From Alteromonas naphthalenivorans (GTDB lineage: Bacteria; Babelota; Babeliae; Babelales; CAIQNR01): a stretch of 10,778 nt of DNA. The position numbers and the translations under genes are program-made. Positions 6,269 through 10,778 of this stretch are shown here, in pieces (within the stretch, counting starts at the first letter, position 1; each line of letters opens with the position of its first letter). The DNA lies in the NCBI GenBank assembly GCA_047631715.1, contig JBLICC010000028.1, positions 1-10,778 of the forward strand, written 5' to 3'. The notes beneath the pieces were generated by a model. The model saw nothing but the letters and a program-made list of their open reading frames with translations, searched no databases and was not told the origin of the DNA.

Positions 6269-8137
6269 TTAAGCTATGAACTTTTCCCATTCTTTCTGAA
6301 CAGCTTTTAACTCTTTTTCTTTTTCTTGAGATTGTCTTTGAGCAGTAGAAAATTCTTCTGTACCATACTCTAGATCAGCAAATCGCATATTAATACGTTC
6401 GATGTCTTTTTCGATCTTTTCTATTTTACGCTCAAGCTTTTGAGTTTCTTTCTTCTTATCAAAATCACCCTTACGATTTTCTTTAGAAACCGAACTCTTT
6501 TGATTTTTAGAAGATTGCTGCTTATCTTGACTAGGATCGCTCAACTCACATGCTAGCCGTTTTTGATCTAAATACGATTCATAGTTACCAAAATAACTAT
6601 TAATTCCATCTGGCGTTAACTCAATGATACGTGTTGCTAATTTATTAACAAAGTCATGATCATGAGATACAAACAACATGGTTCCATCAAACTGATTAAG
6701 TGCACATAATAACACTTCTTTAGAGGTAATATCCAAATGGTTAGTGGGCTCATCAAGAAGTAAAAAGTTGGCATCTTGCAAAAGAACTTTTACCATACTT
6801 ACTTTATTCTTTTCTCCACCACTCAATACTTTTGTCTTCTTGCCAATCTCTTCTTTACCAAACTGAAAAGAACCTAAAAACCTACGTACATCTTGCTCTG
6901 TTTTTCTGCCCGTGTTATCCATAACTTCTTCGAAAACGTTTTTATTTGGATCTAAAACTTTATTTTGATCTTGTTCAAAAATAGTTTGGTCAACACTTAA
7001 ACCCAAACGAACATTACCATGCGTTTGTTTATATTTTCCACAGATAACATTAAACAATGTTGTTTTACCCATACCGTTGGGTGCAACCAGACCAACTTTT
7101 TCGCCCCGCTCAATATTAAACGTAACATGTTCAAAAATCTTTTTGTCTCCAAAGCTAAACCCTAAATCTTGTACCTCGAGCACAAGTCTGCCAGCCCGCT
7201 TGGTTTCTGCAAATTTAAAATTGGCCTTACGTGGATCTCGTGGAACCTCAATACGCTCTACTTTATCTAATGCTTTTTGCATACTCTTTGCCATTTTGGC
7301 TTTTGATGCTTTTGCTTTAAATCGCTCAATAGTACGTTTTTTTTCTGTAATTTCTTTTTGCTGCAATGCATACTGAGACTTTAATGTTTCTAGTCTACGT
7401 TCTTTTTCATCTTCGTAATCTGTGTAGTTGCCGTAATACATAGTTCCTTGACCGCGATCAAGCTCTAAAATAGTAGTACATAATTGATCTAAAAAGTATT
7501 TATCATGACATACTAATATAAATCCAAAATCAGACTCACGTAAAAACTCTAAAAACCAATCCTTAGCAACAATATCCAAATGGTTAGTAGGTTCATCAAA
7601 CAAATAGAAATCTGCTTTTTGCAGAAGCAGCTTTGCCAATATAACACGCATCTTCCAACCAACACTCAAAGAATCAACTGGTGACTCTAGCTGTGCTTGT
7701 TTAAAACCAAGACCCATGAGCATCTTTTTTGTTTCTGCAATAGCAAAATCAACATTCAGCTCAGACAAACGTTCAGATACATGTGCATACTCTTCTATCA
7801 CATCAGCGTTACCATCAGGCAGCAATAGTTCCAATGCTTGTGAGCGTTGTCGTAATCCACCAATATCTTTATAAGAAGAAAGAGCTTCTTCTAAAACAGA
7901 TAAATTACTTTCTGTTACTACTTCTTGTGGCATATAAGCAATGCGTGCTTTACCAGATACAACAATAGAACCTTTATCAAGTTGCTGCTGACGATCAATC
8001 GCCTTAATTAAAGTTGATTTACCAGAACCATTACGCCCTACTAAACCAAGCTTTTGATCGGAACCTATTGTTTCACTAAGGTGATCAAATACTTTTTGTG
8101 TTCCAAATGATAAACAAATGTCTTTTAACTGAATCAT
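6269..8137 (-). CDS. ABC-F family ribosome-associated ATPase (YheS/YdiF/Uup-like)
   Basis: Two NBDs without TM domains: GRNGSGKS...LSVGW...FDEPTNHLD, PtIM linker 'GNYTDY...IERFKAKASKAKMAKS', APNGMGKT...LSGGE...LLLDEPTNHLD, and a C-terminal coiled coil. SD AGGGA at 8144-8148 (-). Confidence 0.95.
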   Translation of the reverse strand: MIQLKDICLSFGTQKVFDHLSETIGSDQKLGLVGRNGSGKSTLIKAIDRQQQLDKGSIVVSGKARIAYMPQEVVTESNLSVLEEALSSYKDIGGLRQRSQALELLLPDGNADVIEEYAHVSERLSELNVDFAIAETKKMLMGLGFKQAQLESPVDSLSVGWKMRVILAKLLLQKADFYLFDEPTNHLDIVAKDWFLEFLRESDFGFILVCHDKYFLDQLCTTILELDRGQGTMYYGNYTDYEDEKERRLETLKSQYALQQKEITEKKRTIERFKAKASKAKMAKSMQKALDKVERIEVPRDPRKANFKFAETKRAGRLVLEVQDLGFSFGDKKIFEHVTFNIERGEKVGLVAPNGMGKTTLFNVICGKYKQTHGNVRLGLSVDQTIFEQDQNKVLDPNKNVFEEVMDNTGRKTEQDVRRFLGSFQFGKEEIGKKTKVLSGGEKNKVSMVKVLLQDANFLLLDEPTNHLDITSKEVLLCALNQFDGTMLFVSHDHDFVNKLATRIIELTPDGINSYFGNYESYLDQKRLACELSDPSQDKQQSSKNQKSSVSKENRKGDFDKKKETQKLERKIEKIEKDIERINMRFADLEYGTEEFSTAQRQSQEKEKELKAVQKEWEKFIA

Positions 8138-8148
8138 AATTTTTCCCT

Positions 8149-8271
8149 ATACCCTTCGATACCATTTCTAAAGAAATCACTCAGGGTGAATCGAGATCGT
8201 ATCAGCCTGAGTGATTTTAATTTTTCGAGTCATACTGAGCAGCTATCCTAGGTAGCTGTATCAAAGTATAT
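8149..8271. repeat. Cluster of REP-like palindromic elements (two full inverted copies plus one partial)
   Basis: Copy A (-, 8149-8190): TTC-ACCCT-GAG-[hairpin]-GTATC-GA-AGGGT. Copy B (+, 8229-8271): GTC-ATACT-GAG-[hairpin]-GTATC-AA-AGTAT. Partial copy (+, 8201-8218) forms a perfect 12-bp IR with copy A: AAATCACTCAGG 8174-8185 / CCTGAGTGATTT 8206-8217. Confidence 0.65.
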
Positions 8272-8285
8272 ACCGAAATTTTTTC

Positions 8286-8972
8286 TTATTTTTTTTTCCC
8301 AAAAAGCCTTACTAAATGCAAGAACAAATTAATAAAGTCCAAGTACAAAGTAAGAGCACCCATAATTGCTATTTTATTTTTAGTTTCTGGATCAACCATT
8401 AAAGACTGGCCCATACGCTTAATTTTTTGACTATCGTAAGCTGTCAGTAACGTAAAAATACCAACTGCTGCAATTGAAATCCAATATTGCATTGCAGGAC
8501 TTTGAAACCACATGTTAGCAAACATTGCTATAATCATACCCCAAAGACCCATTAATAAGACATTACCCATGCTCGTTAAATCAGTATCCGTTATATAGCC
8601 ATAAATTGCCATTGAGCTAAACATGCCTGCAGTAATACCAAATGCCAAAAATACTGAGCTAAAAGTATATACAATAAGTATAGAAGACACGGTAACACCT
8701 GTAAGTGCTGCATACATCATAAATACTGCAACTGCACTAGAATAGCTTAGATCATGAATCTTCCAGCTTAAAAACATAACTGTTCCAAACTGAAGTGCAC
8801 AAATCCCAATAAGTAACATTGGCGACTTAAAAAGTGTCATATAAATAGCAGGAGTTGAAGCAATATAATACGACACACCCGTTGTTACAACTAAAGCAAC
8901 CGACATCCAGCCATATACTTTATGCATAAAATCACGAGCTGACCCCTGAACTGAGTAATTTTCTTGCCACAT
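8286..8972 (-). CDS. Bax inhibitor-1/YccA (YbhL-like) membrane protein, 228 aa
   Basis: About 7 TM segments; 'FMHKVYGWM', 'AYDSQKIK', 'GALTLYLDFINLF' signature. ATG 8972 preferred over TTG 8978 because AAAGGG lies 6 nt upstream of it. TATAAT on the - strand at 8995-9000. Confidence 0.93.
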   Translation of the reverse strand: MWQENYSVQGSARDFMHKVYGWMSVALVVTTGVSYYIASTPAIYMTLFKSPMLLIGICALQFGTVMFLSWKIHDLSYSSAVAVFMMYAALTGVTVSSILIVYTFSSVFLAFGITAGMFSSMAIYGYITDTDLTSMGNVLLMGLWGMIIAMFANMWFQSPAMQYWISIAAVGIFTLLTAYDSQKIKRMGQSLMVDPETKNKIAIMGALTLYLDFINLFLHLVRLFGKKK

Positions 8973-9144
8973 AATCAACCCTTTCTATTAAATGATTATA
9001 CTTTCGTTTAGTTTAATCGATTTACCCCTTCAAAGCAACTCCGCATACACTTTAAGCCTATCCAATAAGCAAATAGACTCTTGCATGTATTTAGAAATAT
9101 AAGGTAAAAAGAAAGAATACCATCTTTAAAAAAGGAGAATTAAG

Positions 9145-10167
9145 ATGAAGAAATTTCAAAAACCGATACTGGCCGTCACGGCTTTTCTACTTTGTGCCAA
9201 TTTAAGCATGGATCAAAAGGAAGGAAGTGTTACCGGTGGGGCTGCAAACCCAGCTGTTAATATTATGGGAACTATTTTAGATAATACAGGAAAATCGGTT
9301 AACGCATCTTATATTCTTATTTCTGGTCTCTATAAACAAATTCCCGTTTATGCAAAGCCAAAAGATTCAGAAGAAGATCCAAGAGGTAATGCTACAGATC
9401 TTGATCTTGCAGAAATACAAAAATTTGAAGTTCCTAATCGAAGCGAAACTCACACATTCGACAACTATAAATATATTCTCATTAATGTTTACACAAAAGG
9501 CGAATCACACCCAACACCCTATTTTGTAAATAGTAATAAGCAAATTACCTACAAAAAAATAAATTCCCTAGGAATACAAACAGATAAGAATATTGATTTC
9601 TCAAAAATAGAAAACATTGTTATTACTGGTTACAAAAAAAGAGAAGATCAACAATCAGGACAACCACATATTAATCATTCAACTACACCAGCTCATGTAG
9701 CACAACATGCTATAACGCGTCCCTCTGTACATCCATCAACATCTGCGCCTACACCTAAACCTAAACCTAAACCAATGCTACAGAAAAAAACTCTGGCTCC
9801 TACAACTACTCCAGCTACACACCCAGCAGCACTACAAAACATTACACAGCCAACAACAACCACCCCTCATCACGCACCGATAAAACAATACAAACCAATG
9901 CTACAACAAAAAACTTTCACTCCTAAAACTATGCCCGCACAAGCACCAGCTCATGTACCTCAACATGCACCTGTCAAACAACAGAGACCAATGCTGCAGA
10001 AAAAAACTTCTACTCCTAGACCTATGGCAAAACCTGCTACTACTCAACATAAAACAGCACACAAAGCTGTAATGCAAAAACATCAGCAATACAAGACTAA
10101 ATCTAAAAAACAATATCATATGTTAGCAGGACACCCAATCGAAGTAGACTCAACAGAAAACCATTAA
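9145..10167 (+). CDS. Hypothetical exported protein: globular N-domain plus basic Pro/His/Thr/Gln/Lys-rich repeat tail
   Basis: Strong SD AAGGAG (9132-9137); signal-like MKKFQKPILAVTAFLLCANLS; low-complexity C-terminal half. No family recognised. Confidence 0.8.
   Translation: MKKFQKPILAVTAFLLCANLSMDQKEGSVTGGAANPAVNIMGTILDNTGKSVNASYILISGLYKQIPVYAKPKDSEEDPRGNATDLDLAEIQKFEVPNRSETHTFDNYKYILINVYTKGESHPTPYFVNSNKQITYKKINSLGIQTDKNIDFSKIENIVITGYKKREDQQSGQPHINHSTTPAHVAQHAITRPSVHPSTSAPTPKPKPKPMLQKKTLAPTTTPATHPAALQNITQPTTTTPHHAPIKQYKPMLQQKTFTPKTMPAQAPAHVPQHAPVKQQRPMLQKKTSTPRPMAKPATTQHKTAHKAVMQKHQQYKTKSKKQYHMLAGHPIEVDSTENH
9685..10030 (+). repeat. Intragenic imperfect coding repeats
   Basis: Three copies of (K/R)PMLQ(K/Q)KT-x-x-P (CCAATGCT at 9772, 9895, 9988), two copies of PAHV-x-QHA (CACCAGCTCATGTA near 9687 and 9945), and (CCTAAA)3 at 9754-9771. 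Confidence 0.8.
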
Positions 10168-10250
10168 GAATACACATAGCTTTTTTATGACTTTTACGAT
10201 AAAATAAAATTCCATAAAAATAGTACATACTGTGATGAAGGAGCTTGATT

Positions 10251-10571
10251 ATGCCTATAACTATTACCAAAGAAAACGTAGAACAAGAAATTGGATCCGC
10301 GTCTTTACCTGTTGTACTTGATGTTTACGCAACATGGTGCGGACCATGCCAACAAATGACTCCTATCTTTGACGAACTCGAAAGAGAAATGGGCGATAAA
10401 GTTAAATTTGCAAAACTTAACGTAGACGAAGCGCGCGAACTCTCTATTCAGTACGGAGTTACGTCGGTTCCTACTTTTGTTTTTATCAAAAATAATGAAA
10501 TCAAACATAAAGAAACTGGTTACATGAACAAAGACGATCTTAAAACAAAGATCGAAGAATTCATTGGCTAA
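10251..10571 (+). CDS. trxA: Thioredoxin, 106 aa
   Basis: WCGPC active site in 'PVVLDVYATWCGPC', and cis-Pro 'SVPT'. SD AAGGAG (10238-10243) is 7 nt before ATG 10251. Confidence 0.96.
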   Translation: MPITITKENVEQEIGSASLPVVLDVYATWCGPCQQMTPIFDELEREMGDKVKFAKLNVDEARELSIQYGVTSVPTFVFIKNNEIKHKETGYMNKDDLKTKIEEFIG

Positions 10572-10584
10572 GTAGTTGATCATT

Positions 10585-10640
10585 AGACCCCATTTGGTAA
10601 GCTTGATGAATTATCATTTTTACCATTGGGGTTTTTTATT
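10585..10640 (+). terminator. Long hairpin plus U-tract after trxA (intrinsic terminator), overlapping the next gene's RBS
   Basis: AGACCCCA (10585-10592)/TGGGGTTT (10627-10634), TGGTAA/TTACCA, inner TGAT/ATCA, followed by TTTTTTATT. Confidence 0.65.
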
Positions 10641-10778
10641 ATGAAAAAAACATTATCTCTTCTCTTACTACTCTCGACTTATCACTTTAATACACATACT
10701 AAGCCCGTTACTAAACCAACTACCAAATCAAAATCAAAAAATACAAAACCTGTTAAACAAGTACAGGCAAATCCTGCC
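10641..10778 (+). CDS. Hypothetical exported protein, N-terminal 46 aa; runs off the right edge
   Basis: Open to the window end: MKKTLSLLLLLSTYHFNTHTKPVTKPTTKSKSKNTKPVKQVQANPA; n/h-region signal peptide followed by a K/P/T-rich linker. Candidate SD GGGGT at 10628-10632. Confidence 0.7.
   Translation, partial: MKKTLSLLLLLSTYHFNTHTKPVTKPTTKSKSKNTKPVKQVQANPA

Noticed and set aside
7077..7968. ORFs 7077..7376 (+) and 7783..7968 (+)
   Set aside because: Antisense to the ABC-F gene; no independent support.
8149..8271. CRISPR array or hammerhead ribozyme in the structured spacer
   Set aside because: The repeats are inverted, degenerate and lack regular spacers or cas genes. CTGAGTGA...GAAG does not match the hammerhead core CUGANGA...GAAA with three stems.
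9901..10583. ORFs 9901..10119 (-) and 10305..10583 (-)
   Set aside because: Antisense shadows of the repeat protein and thioredoxin.

Overview
AT-rich bacterial chromosomal window (roughly one-third GC by eye, not computed) mixing housekeeping genes with several signal-peptide-bearing orphan or eukaryote-like proteins. The mix suggests an intracellular parasite or symbiont of protists, possibly Dependentiae/Babelota (TM6); this is inference only. Left to right: 5' part of a RimK-family ATP-grasp ligase (- strand, absent from the ORF track); a - strand tRNA cluster (Leu-CAA, Arg-ACG, Ser-UGA); DUF167/YggU; a divergent tRNA-Ser(GCU); a sigma70-driven probable operon of an atypical MutS-family ATPase (signal peptide/TM segments, no recognisable mismatch-binding domain), a MazG-superfamily NTP pyrophosphatase and an AGCS amino-acid symporter; a protein with signal peptide, NLS-like motif and RING-H2 finger (candidate nucleus-targeted E3-ligase effector); a bidirectional terminator; an ABC-F ATPase whose 5' intergenic region holds a covarying REP-like palindrome cluster and a possible leader peptide; a BI-1/YccA membrane protein; a secreted protein with a 164-residue repetitive tail lacking acidic residues; thioredoxin; and the start of another exported protein. 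No integrase, transposase or CRISPR array was seen.
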